Origin: Heterodontus francisci
Taxonomy: Eukaryota
DNA: 64,000 bases
Direction of reading: 5' to 3'
NCBI RefSeq assembly: GCF_036365525.1
Contig: NC_090373.1
Coordinates: forward strand, 11,791,221 to 11,855,220
Within the stretch, counting starts at the first letter, position 1, and the number at the start of each line of letters is the position of its first letter. The position numbers and the translations under genes were made by a program. Below the pieces are notes generated by a model. It saw only the letters and a list, made by a program, of their open reading frames with translations. It searched no databases and was not told the DNA's origin. Shown piece after piece: positions 23,880-35,390 of the stretch.

Positions 23880-24640
23880 ATGAGCATACAGTCATCTTTG
23901 ATGCTTTCAGCCCTGCGGCCTCGGTCATGGCCCCTTCAATGATGGCCAGCACCGTCTCCTCCATTAGGATGAGGACATGCAGCTGTACCTGTCCCCTGCC
24001 AGTTAAATGCTGTTCCCTGTGGTCGTGTCTGTCGTGCAATAGGGAGGAAGTTGTGTCAGTGAGTGTGGTGCAATGGTTTTGGGTGATGTGGTTGTCATGG
24101 CTGAATAGCTGGCAGTATGTGTAAGCTGTGAGATGTAGGTGTGAGGTTGCAGTCATACTAAGTCTGTGATTGATAGAGAGTGTTGGTGAGTGATAGGATG
24201 CAGTGAACTGAGCAGTGTCTGAGGCTAGTGGTGCAGTTGGTGGAATATGACATTTCACTGACCTTGACCACTTGCATGAGGTCATTAGCTACACTTTTAG
24301 GATTGATCGCCACAGCTACTTGCTCCCACTGCCTTCTGAGAGTTTGTCTGGAGGACCTGCTGGCCCTCTGTAATAGAGGACATCGCTCTTCCTCTGCACC
24401 TCCTCGACCATGGCTTCCAGCACATCTTGGAGCCCATTCCCTGCCGTGTTGTTCTTCCAGCTCACACTCACTTCTGCAACCAGTTCCAGCACCTGCTGCA
24501 GCCACGCAACAGTAGGCTTAGCACTGCATGCAGAAATCATTTAAATTAGCAGGCGGCATGAAGTTAAATCATGCATGGTTTAATCACACATCGCCATCCC
24601 TGGTCCAGTTTTCCAGCCTTAACGAATTTCACGGCCAGGG
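23880..24640 (-). mobile_element. PIF/Harbinger-like remnant encoding a degraded Myb/SANT-like protein
   Basis: Minus frames: REWAPR.., LEAMVEEVQRKSDVLY, RRQWEQVAVAINPKS, the trihelix/Myb-SANT pattern typical of Harbinger second ORFs; frameshifted. Confidence 0.55.
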
Positions 24641-24906
24641 CATTCTTTGTGGCTCCAGTAGATTCTTTTGCAGCTCGCAGAAAATTCTTAAGAGAAATAA
24701 AATCAGGATTTTTCTTTTGTGATGTTTTCAGTGTAAGTAGATATGGGATGCTGCCATTCGGAAGGTGGCAGTAATTCGATTTTCACAGGCCGACAGGAGG
24801 ATAGGCATGGACAGGCAATAGGCATCTTGAGGCATTTGTCAGACATTGTGGCACCAGTGTTTGTTCACTGGTTCTTTCTCACTTGCAAAGAGACATATGT
24901 ACTGAC

Positions 24907-25371
24907 TTTTTAAAATTCATTCTTTGGATGTGAGTGTCACTGGCAAGGCCAGCATTTAACGCCCTTCCCTAATTGCCCATGAAAAGGTGGTGGTGAACTA
25001 CCTTTATGGACCATTGCAGTCCATTTGGTATTGGTACACCCACAGTGCTTTTTTCTGTAGTGGTTTGATACAACTGAGTGGCTTGCTAGGCCATTTCAGA
25101 GGGCAGTTAAAAGTTGTGGGTCTGGAGTCACATGTAGGCCAGACCAGATAAGGACGGCAGATTTCATTCCCTGAAGGACATTGGTGAACCAGTTGGGTAT
25201 TTACAGCAATCTGGTAGTTTCATGAGTCTTCATGAGACTAGCATTTTATTCCAGATTTATTTATTAATTGAATTTAAATTACCCGAGCTGCCGTGATGGG
25301 ATTTGAACTCATGCCTCTGGAGCATTAGTCCAGGCCTCTGGATTACAAGTCCAGTAACATTACCACTATGT
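24907..25371 (-). mobile_element. Longer variant of the same SINE, keeping extra LINE-derived sequence
   Basis: Reverse complement reads ...gccactcagttgtatcaaaccactacagaaaaa|agcactgtgggtgtacc...gggcaattaggg. Confidence 0.82.
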
Positions 25372-25577
25372 GAAGGAAAGCTGAAAGTATTTGAGCAAAT
25401 GTTGGAAGAGGTTAAGAAAAGCTTTGGGAGTTTATGAAACTGTATTTTTGATTTCTACCTGTTGGATGGGAAGTAAACTGCTCACATTTAGAGTGATCAA
25501 TCAGTTTACCCTTGAAACCTCCCCAACCCCTTCAATTTCCTTTGGCCCTCTCTTGAAAGAACTGTGTCACACTGGGG

Positions 25578-25898
25578 TAAAGGCCAGCTCGGGTCTGCAA
25601 ATGAAACCCGAGCCGAGTCCGACAGAACCACATCTGACCTGAGCCCGAACTGGCCCGAGTCCTTTCATTTTTTTCCCGTGCCCGACCCAACCCGACCCGA
25701 CCTGACCATCAGTTAGCCTACTTTCTGTTTTTCACTTTGTTACTTATCTGCACATGCTTAAAAAAACTGTAACTAAACAACCTTTCTAGTCCAAATTGTA
25801 CATTAACATTGGAGCCACTTACCGGAGGTGGTGATAGAGTGTGTCTGACCCAGCCCAACTTGACCCGAGCCGGGTTCGGGTCGAGTAGCTATGCTCTA
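25578..25898. mobile_element. hAT-type non-autonomous DNA transposon (MITE)
   Basis: 8-bp TSD cactgggg (25570-25577 and 25899-25906); imperfect TIR taaagg.../...gctcta; subterminal cccga/tcggg repeats. Confidence 0.72.
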
Positions 25899-25902
25899 CA
25901 CT

Positions 25903-26226
25903 GGGGCGCAGTGGTTAGCACCGCAGCCTCACAGCTCCAGGGACCCGGGTTCAATTCTGGGTACTGCCTGTGCGGAGTTTGCAAGTTCTCCCTGAGACCG
26001 CGTGGGTTTTCGCCGGGTACTCCGGTTTCCTCCAACTGCCAAAGACTTGCAGGTGATAGGTAAATTGGCTATTGTAAATTGCTCCTAGTGTAGGTAGGGG
26101 GTAGGGAGTATGGGATTACTGTAGGGTTAGTATAAATGGGTGGTTGATGGTCGGCACAGACTCGGTGGGCCTAAGGGCCTGTTTCAGTGCTGTATCTCTA
26201 AATAAAATAAATAAAAATAAAATAAA
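25903..26226 (+). mobile_element. HE1/V-SINE-like SINE
   Basis: Same family; (taaaa)n tail. Confidence 0.88.
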
Positions 26227-27325
26227 ACATCTGCGACCTGTCCACATCACCTACATGACCATTCTTGTGTAGGGCTCATCAGTATATATCAAGCATCTAT
26301 TGGACCTCAGAATGCATCGCAGGTTCTTCCCTGCCATCCACAATGGTGATTAGATAAAACCCTATCTGACTTGCCTCCTCTCCCTGAGACCAGTTGTAAC
26401 ACCCCAGCTCCTATGATATCAGCTAACTTGTTGGCTGCGTTTTGTCCCAACTTTGCCTAGAGGTTTCAATTAAAATTAGTTGCAAAATGAAATTTAGTTC
26501 TGTAACTGCATATTAAAGAATTGGAATAACAGTGTGTCCTATTGTGATTATTAGATAATGTAAATTAGAAGGTTGGTAACATACTTCATTTGCTGTGCGC
26601 GTCCTCAATTTATCCTGATATCTTGCAGTGTAATCATGAATGTTTGAAGTAATTACGATGCCGTATAGTGTTTTAGAAAGGTTTTAACAAGCTGTTTAGT
26701 AAGACTTTTTGGATTACAGCCACTTGTTCCAATTCCCCACAAACATATGTACTGACCAAGTGAGACCAGGGCTGAATCTTCATCAGTGAGGGCAGGATTT
26801 ACAGTTATATATTATCAAGCTCATCAAGGTTAGGGATGTAGATGCTGAGGAATGGAAAGTTATTACAATTTCAACAACTAATATTCGGATCAAATGTTTG
26901 CAGAGTAGCCAGATATAGAGTCAGGATTCCTGTGATGTGCCCTGATGAGGGGGAGATTTTTGCTGTTTATTATTCATGGAATCATAGATTCCTACATCTC
27001 AGAAGACCATTCGGCCCATCGTGACGGTGCCAGCTCTTTCAAAGAGCTATCCAGTTCGTCCCACTCTTTGCTTTATCCCCATGTGCCTGCATGTTTCCTT
27101 TTCAAGTATTTATTCAATTTCCTTTTGAGAGCTATTATTGAATGACAGTACATTAGAGATCACAACAAAATTTATTTACAGCAATAATGTAAACTGGTGC
27201 ATAAAGAATACATGTATGCTTTTTTGCTGTATGTAGCAAAGGATGGAGATGCTCTCCCAACTTAATCAGATGAGCACTTGTACTATATTTTATCCAGACC
27301 CCACAACAGCCATCTTTATAATCTT

Positions 27326-27503
27326 AAAAGCTAAATACTGCGGATGTTGGAAATCTGATATAAAAACAAGAAATGCTGGAAATACTCAGCAGGTCTGGCA
27401 GCATCTGTGGAGAGAAAGCAGAGTTAACATTTCAGGTCGATGACCCTTCTTCTCTCCACAGATGCTGCCAGACCTGCTGAGTATTTCCAGCATTTCTTAT
27501 CTT
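27326..27503. repeat. Penelope terminus folded into a perfect 49-bp inverted repeat
   Basis: 27368-27416 is the exact reverse complement of 27450-27498. Confidence 0.9.
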
Positions 27504-28668
27504 TATAATCTTTCTCAGCCAGGTGGGCAACTTAGTGTCATGTTTTGCTGAAATAGAGGCTGCTTTGTCAAATAGATCTATTTCTGGTGGGAATTGGTTT
27601 GATAATGGTCCTTTTAATTTTATCTGACTCATGCCCCACAGAAAGAAACTTTCACCCCATTGCTTTGAGATAAGAAAGAAAGAACTTGCATTTCTATAGC
27701 ACCTTTCACTGTGCTAGGATGTCGCAAAGTGCTCGACAGCCAATGAAGTACCTTTGACTGGTCACTGGTGCAATTGAAACTTTAGGATTAAAATTAAAAC
27801 CCTACATTTGAAAAGTGCAGGTGACACCCCAACATGTCACTAGTTTACTGAGACATAACTTTTGAGGTATTTTGCCAGCTTATTAAATATCATGTGCTCA
27901 TGTGGAAATGTTTCTATGTTTCATGTTGCTTCTTAATGCGATTGAATGTTGTCCAGTACAAAACTAATTGAGACCCGAATAGTCATCACATAAGGCTGCT
28001 GTAATATCGCACATCTTCTCACTGTGGAATAGAAAGCACAAGCTATCTAGTTGTTAAAATATAAGAATTTAAAATGCTCACGATCAAAGTTGATGTGGTT
28101 AGTTCTGAAAGATGGTGTGGCATCCAATTCTGTTCACTTGCTGAAATTGTTAATTCTATGGACAAAAGAATCTAGAAGCACTTCGTGCTAGTACATGTCA
28201 CTAGAATGTTTTTAAGTTGCATATATATATATCATATATACGCACATGTATCTACAACAAAAAAGCACGTGTAATTTCAAGACTTTGGAAATGTAAATTG
28301 CTGAGCTTACCATCAACATTACTATAATATTGATGCTGCCTCCCTGATCTCAATAGACTTTACAGTGATGGACATCAACCACAATCTTCTGTTTGAGTAG
28401 CTAATTGATTAACAGACTGCCCAATGCAAAAATAGGGAAGCAAAACAGTTGAGGCAAGATAATTAAAGGTGTAGATTTGCAATCGCAGTCTCGATAAAGA
28501 AGCATTATAGAAAGCATGCTGTTAGGGATGGGATTTGCTTTCCAGGTTTTCTAGAGCATGCATTAGGCTATGGGAAACTTTTGACTTGGCTGTAGACATC
28601 CCAATACAATTACAAGAAAGAAATAGCTTGCATTTATATAAAAACTTTCATATCCTCAGTACAAAGCC

Positions 28669-28952
28669 TGTTTCAGCCTGATCCTGCCCCACTGAACTGA
28701 TTTCTTCCTATCGTGACTCTATTTTTACTCCCCTTGTCCAGAATCCAGAACTGTCACTGACCTCATCTCCTTTGGACATCTCCACTCCAAGGCCTCCAAC
28801 CTCACAGTTTCCCAATTCCATTCAGCCTGCTTCTACCTCCTTGCCAAAATCCACAAACAAGACTACCCTGGTAGACCCATTGTTTCAACATGTTCCTGCC
28901 CCACTGAACAGATTTCTTCTATCTCAACTCTGCTTTTACTCCCCTTGTCCAG
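28669..28952 (+). mobile_element. Short internal Penelope RT fragment with a direct duplication of about 70 bp
   Basis: Matches 43160-43340; 28669-28741 is repeated at about 28881-28952. Confidence 0.7.
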
Positions 28953-29109
28953 TAATTCTCAGTATAAATTGTTTCACAGCAAATGAAGTACCCTTGAATG
29001 TAGTCACTGTTGTAGGGAATCACAGCAGTCAACTTGCACACAGGAATGTCACATAAATGTGATAAATGACTAGATAATCTATTCTGGTGGTGTTGGTTAC
29101 AAGGTATTA

Positions 29110-29995
29110 TAAGACATTTACAGCACAGAATTTCAGGCCATTTGGCCCAACTGATCCATGTTGCTGTTTATGCTCCACTTGTGCCTCCTCCCACCCCTTT
29201 TCATCATACTCTACCAGCATATTCAGCACTTCCCTCTATTCCTTTCTCCCTCGAGCTTTCCTTTAAATGCCTCAATACTTTTTATCTCAACCACACTCCG
29301 TGGTACTTAGTTCCACTCTCTGGGTAAATAAGTTTCTCCTGAATTCCCTTTTAAATTTATTAGTAATTTTCTCATATTCCTGGCCCTTACCCTGACAAAC
29401 CAAAATATAATCTTAAAGACCTCGATCAGGTCACCCCTCAGTGTTTTCTTTCTTTAGAGAAAAGAACCCCAGCCTGTTCAATCTCTCCTGATAGGTAGAA
29501 CCTCTCAGTTTTGGTATCCTTCTAGTAAATCTTTTTTGCATCTTCTCCAGTGTCTCTATATCCTTTCTATAATATGGACACTAGAGCTGTTCACAATATA
29601 CCAAGTGTGGTCTAATCAAAGTTCTCTTCAAGTTTAACATAATGTCTCTGCTTTTCAATTCTATCCCTCTAGAAATGACTCCTACTGCTTTTTATGTCCT
29701 GCATCTCTACTTTTAGTGATCTGTCTATTTGTACCCCGAGATCCCTCTGTTCCTTTATGCCATTTAGACATTTATTTTCCAAGGGGTTTGTGGCCTCCTT
29801 ATTCTTCCTGCCAATATGTCCCACCTCACACTTACCTATATTGAAGTTCATTTGCCAATTTACACTTATTTACATTTATTCTTCGACCTTATTGATAACT
29901 TTCTGTAATTTGTTCCAGTCCTCCTCGATATTAATGACACCACCAAACCCCGCGCCCCCCCCCAACACACAATTTGGTGGCATCCACAAATTTTA
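29110..29995 (-). mobile_element. Classical CR1 3' fragment
   Basis: MNFNIGKCEVGHIGRKN..QRDLGVQI. Confidence 0.82.
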
Positions 29996-30619
29996 AAATT
30001 GAGCTTCCACTGTCCAAGTTCATAACATTTATTTTATACCACTTTAAATGAAAATACACTTCACAGGCTAACCTAATATCTGATGGCTTTATCTTATGTA
30101 ATTAGATTGCTGATATCAGATAAGCAACAAATTCAATAAATCACAGCTCAGCAAAACATTTTCATAATTAACTTACTTTGCTATCATGAATGTTTCATTA
30201 TCAGAAAAGGTTCACTATATTGAGAACAATGATCCAAATGCTTTGGGATTTTGAAAGTTCACAATAAAGGAAATTATATGCATTCATTCCAACAGAAAGT
30301 GGAAAGCGACACCAGAAGGAGTAGTTGGAGTGAATAGCATTTCATTTAAGGTGATGTTAGCTGAGGGAGAAAGGAACAGAAGGATATATTTGATGGGGTT
30401 AGCTGAAGAGGCTGGGATGAAGCTTGTGTGGAGAATGAACACTGACATGTATCAGTTGAGCTGAATGGCCTGTTTTGATGTATTCTATGTAATTACAATA
30501 GTGTTACACTATACTATCAAGCAATGCACTCCAAAAATACAACATACGTTTCATTATTGTTGTTGGTATTGTGTACTTTGTTGACTTTGAGAGACTTAAA
30601 CATTTGTATTCTTTTATAG

Positions 30620-30808
30620 AACACTTGGCTCATTTAGCTGCCAGTCTGAGGCGACCGGAATCTGGTATCATGGGATTGCCAGGGCGTCCTGGACCACCTG
30701 GTCCCCCAGGCCAAGCTGGAGGAAATGGCTTCCCTGGACAACCAGGACCTCGTGGTCTTACTGGCCTCAAAGGTCCATCTGGTATAATCGGTTACAAAGG
30801 ACAAAAAG
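30620..30808 (+). CDS. COL9A1: COL9A1(-like) coding exon, 189 bp, NC2/COL1 ([28 protein letters not shown]...)
   Basis: ttttatag acceptor (phase 1, matching the previous exon) and gtaaga donor; matches recalled human [28 protein letters not shown]. Confidence 0.95.
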
Positions 30809-31321
30809 GTAAGATCAAGCAAACATATTTCTTTAAGGTAGACTTATGACTATTGCATTTCCATTAAAATACAAGGTTTTTGACTCAGAAAGAGCTAGAC
30901 CTTGAATCATCTGGTGTATATTGCTGTCTCCAAGGCTGCTCCAATGTCTGTTGTCTTGAGGTGGTTGTCAAACCTTTTTTTCCCACTTTCTTTGACCTGA
31001 AACCTGTCTAATTCTTTATCGCTTGACTTCCCTTCATAACGCAATCTACAGATTTTGAAAACCGAATCTTGATGTCATTGATTGATTAATCTTGCCATAC
31101 ATCATACTTTTTGCAAACGTGGTAGTTTTCCCAATTTAAAGAAAGCGAATGGAGATCATCATCGCTACATGTTATTAGTGCACCATGTAGCAATAGAACT
31201 GCAGTAACAAAGTATAGTTATGCTAAGATTTCAGATCATTTTTTTAAGCTCATACATTATTTCTGTAATAGCGGTTTCCTCACTAGCTCCATATTCTTAT
31301 CTACCATGAATTTCTATACAG

Positions 31322-31399
31322 GTGAACAAGGTGAGAGGGGTGCTCGAGGGCTCCTAGGAAGAGGACCCAGGGGGTTACCAGGACAACAAGGCCTACCAG
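31322..31399 (+). CDS. COL9A1: COL9A1(-like) coding exon, 78 bp (GEQGERGARGLLGRGPRGLPGQQGLP)
   Basis: tatacag acceptor and gtatga donor; keeps the GRG helix imperfection seen in human GPPGRGPNG. Confidence 0.92.
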
Positions 31400-32029
31400 G
31401 TATGAGCAAACAATGTTAATCTCAGGTGGCTTCATCTTGCTGGTTTCTCTTTGGTTATAAGGTTTTGAAGACAGCTTTTATCCTTGACTATTGTACTCTT
31501 GTGTTGTGGCATAAGATAATCTAAGAATTTATCCTTCATATTCTTTATGCGCAAGTAAGAATGTTGAATAATTCTGCGGAATCTTTTTCTAAAATGCCTC
31601 GACTAGGTAATTCTCTTGTTACCGGATTCACCTTGTGAGGTGGTATCAAAAGGTCAACTGTTGTAACCTTAGTATAAAGGAGTTGTCTGAGATAGATTTT
31701 TGTTGCTGATCTGAAAGGTGGTATTTGTTGGGTGTGCGTATTATATTCATAAATCTTTCTTGTGTTTATTAAAAGGAGCTGGTAGCTGCCTGTGTAACGT
31801 TTTGACAGATGTAACAACAGAATAAATTGTATAATGTAGTTTACTGAACATGGTGCAATGGCGGATAAGATTGGTGAGATTATAGCACAATCTGATTTGA
31901 CTAGGATCAGCTGTTATTTTCCTTTTCTTCCCTCGCTTCTAAAGGTGCTGGTTCATGTATGAAGTACAGTAGCATGGGAACTGAGCAATAGCTCAGTTTC
32001 TCCTTTCAATTAGTAATGGATTATCACCA

Positions 32030-33090
32030 ATAATAGATTTGTTAACAAAATTGAAGCCCATGAGATTAAAGGGACTGTGACAGCGTTGGTACAAAATTGG
32101 ATAAGGGACAGAAAGCAGAAAGTGGGGGTGAATAGTTGTTTTTCAAACTGGAGGGAAATATAGAGTACTGTTCCCCAGGGTACTGGGACCAATAATCTCT
32201 TTGATATATATTAACAGCCTGAACTTGGGTAAACAGGCTATCATTTCAAAATTTGCAGATGACACAAAACTCGGAAATGTAGTAACCAGTGAGGAGAATA
32301 GAATCAGAATTCAGGAAGACATAGACATACTGGTGAAATGGGCAGATACATAGTAGATGAAATTTAACTTTGGGAGGAAGAATGCGGAATATATGCTAAA
32401 TGGTACAATTTTAAAGGGAGTGCAGGAAGGGAGACACCTGAGGGTGGCTGTAGATAAATCATTGAAAGTGGCAGGACAAATTGAGAAGGCTGTTTAAATA
32501 AAAAGCATATGGGATCCTGTACTTTATTAATAGTGGCTAAGCAGTTCCAAATTATCAGTTCGGCAACAGCTAGAGTACTGAGCTTAATTTTGGGCAGCAC
32601 AGTTTAGGAAAGATGTCAAAGCCTTAGAGAGGATGCAGCAGAGATTTACCAGAATGCCAGCACAGATGAGAGACTTCAGTTATGTGAAAGCTGGGATTGT
32701 TCTCCTTAGAGCAGGGAAGGTTAATAGAGACGTTCAAAATTATGATAAGTTGTGAAAGGACAAATAAAGAGACAGTGTTTCCACTGGCAGGAGAGTTGCT
32801 AACCAGAGGACCCAGATTTAAGATCTTTGGCAAAATAATCAGAGGCAACATGAGGAACCATTTTTTACGTAGTGAGTTTCTATGATCTGGATTGCATTTC
32901 TTGAAAGGATGGTGTATGCAGAATCAATAATAACTTTCAAAAGGGAGTTGGATGTATAGGAAACATTTGCAGGGCTGTGAGAAAGGTGCAGGGGAGTGGG
33001 ACTAAATGTGGATAGCTCTTTCAAACAGCTAGAACAGCCGCAATGGGCCAAATGGACTCCTTCTGTGCTGTAGCACTGTATGATGCTATG
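32030..33090 (+). mobile_element. Classical CR1 3' fragment
   Basis: aaatttgcagatgacacaaaa (KFADDTK); FSLEQGRLIETFKI; CR1 tail. Confidence 0.82.
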
Positions 33091-34311
33091 GCAGGCATAT
33101 ATCCTGCTGCACTATGTGTAATTTACATATCATAGGTCTATATTCAGGTTTATCAGCTTTTTCGAACTGTTGGTCAGATTTTGCCAGCATCTTTTAGATC
33201 ACATTTGGTCGTCTGACTTTTGGCTACTATGCATATTCACCCAGCCACTTCATCATTGATGGCAGAGTCTTCAGCGATCCTGGAACAGTGCTCTGGAATT
33301 CTCTTTCCAAATCCCACTCATCTTGTCTTATCGCTCATTCCCACCACCACCACCCACCTACCCCACCCCACCCCCACATTTGAAAGCCAACTCAAAAATA
33401 CCATTAAAGTAACAAGTAAAATATTGTAGATGCCAGATGTCTGAAACAAAATCAAAAAATGATAGGAGCAGCCTATAAGTCCATGAGTGCCTGTGGAAAG
33501 AACAGATATCAATATTATGGGTGTGACTTCTTCAAAAGGAGAGGCATGTTACTAGAGGGTCTTTATATGGATTTTTATATGTATTCCTTCTCCCCTTTTA
33601 CTGATTGAATCTGTGTACACAGATTATCTGTATCATATCTGAAGGCCCTATCATTTCTGATATTTCATGTGTCTTTTGATCTTCATCCAGTTCTGGGATG
33701 TTGCTGGAATTGGGGTCAATTGTTGCCTATTGGGATTGTGGTGAGGAAGCCCTGGTCTAGATGAGTAACTCTGACCACGTGCGACCAGTCACCTTAGGGA
33801 ACTACTGGATGGCTGCTGGCTTTGCAGGACTGTACCCATCATGAACCTTTGCAAGAAGATGGGTGAACATAGGAACAGGAGTAGGCCGTTTAGTCTCTCA
33901 AACCCGCTCCGCTATTCAATTAGACCATGCCTGATCACTACCACAACTCCATTAGCTCCATATCCCTTGATACCCTTGCCCAACCAAACTCTACCGATCT
34001 CAGTCTTGGAAGCTCCAGTTGTCCCCCAGCATCCACAGCCTTTTGGGGGAGTGGGGGGGAAGGATTCGAGATTTCCACAATCCTTTGTGTGAAAAATGGT
34101 CTCCCTGATTTTACTTCTGAATGGCCTAGTTCTAATTTTAAGATTATGGCCCCTCGTTCTTGATTTCCCCATCAGAGGAAATAATGAAGGAGCATTTAAG
34201 AAGGAAACAAATCAGAATGGGATTCTAAACATAAATAGGATAAAAGGGCAACATTTATCTGTTTGTACAGGGCATTGGTATTAATTTCATCGTTGTTTTC
34301 CTGTGTTACAG

Positions 34312-34496
34312 GGGAGCCTGGTAAGCACAGCTTTGGCAGGGATGGCCGTGATGGTCTGAGAGGTCCGGCTGGAAAGAGTGGCCAGCCTGGAATTCCTGGT
34401 TCTCCTGGCCGTCCAGGTCTTCCCGGTTACTGTGAGTCCTCCGCCTGCACACAAGCTTTAAGGGCACCACCACCAGAAAACGTAAAAGGACCATAA
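34312..34496 (+). CDS. COL9A1: COL9A1(-like) terminal coding exon: end of COL1 and NC1 (...[26 protein letters not shown])
   Basis: ttacag acceptor; FACIT C-x4-C motif; TAA at 34494-34496; parallels recalled human GLPGFCEPASCT...KGPDP. Confidence 0.93.
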
Positions 34497-35390
34497 ACTA
34501 GGAGTGTTAGAATGTGCAGCAGGTTGCAGGGAAAAGGAAGAGAACTGAAACCCACATAGCTTTAATCTGGGAAGTGGACGTTAATATTTTATTTTTAACA
34601 CTGTTTTGTTATGACAAAGAAATTGTACTTGATGACCTAATTCCAACTGATGGTGCTCTAATGATATCAATCTCCATTGGAAGTGCAATGAGATTAAAAG
34701 ATGACCAAAAGAAAATGTGCGTTTGATAAATTCCTCATACCTCCCTCCCCTGGTGTGTTACATGGTACTTAAGTCTCCTTTTTTTTCCAATAAATAACCA
34801 AAAAGAGAAGATTGTGTTAATTATTACCTCAGAAACGATATCTTCCATTTCACGTTGTAAAATTAAAAAAAAAAAATCACACAACTTAAGAAGCCAACTG
34901 ATGACTAGTAAGTTGTTTCTGCTAGTTTTGCTGGGTGTTTGTACTATATTGTATACTAAACCTGTTAACAGGAAACCATAAGGTTTCATTTTGTACAGAA
35001 GTGATTGTCAGCGACCGTTCATGTTAAAACGTGCCACACGGAGTACCTTGTGTGCTATAAATCTCTGTAAATGTCTGCTTCTTGAATAATTCAAGAGGAA
35101 ACGTTATTATTTTTCTTGGTAAATGAGTTTAATAAGTATGAGTGATGGATATTTCATTCCAGCAACTTTGGTGTATTGTGCATGAAAAATATTGACTATT
35201 AACTTGTGCCCCTCTGTTTGTCATCCTTGGTTAAGTTGGTCTTTAGCCACTGTTTTAAGCAACCTCAATTATGGAAACCAGAAACAAATACATTTGGAAA
35301 GAAAAAAATCATTATTTATTTTAACACACTCGAGTGACATCCTTTGTTGTACCAGAAGAATATAATAAATTAAAAATTTATAAATTTGTG
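34497..35390 (+). other. Probable COL9A1 3' UTR with candidate polyadenylation signals
   Basis: AT-rich sequence with no recognisable repeat after the stop; AATAAA at 34789-34794 and 35364-35369. The true end is unknown. Confidence 0.55.
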
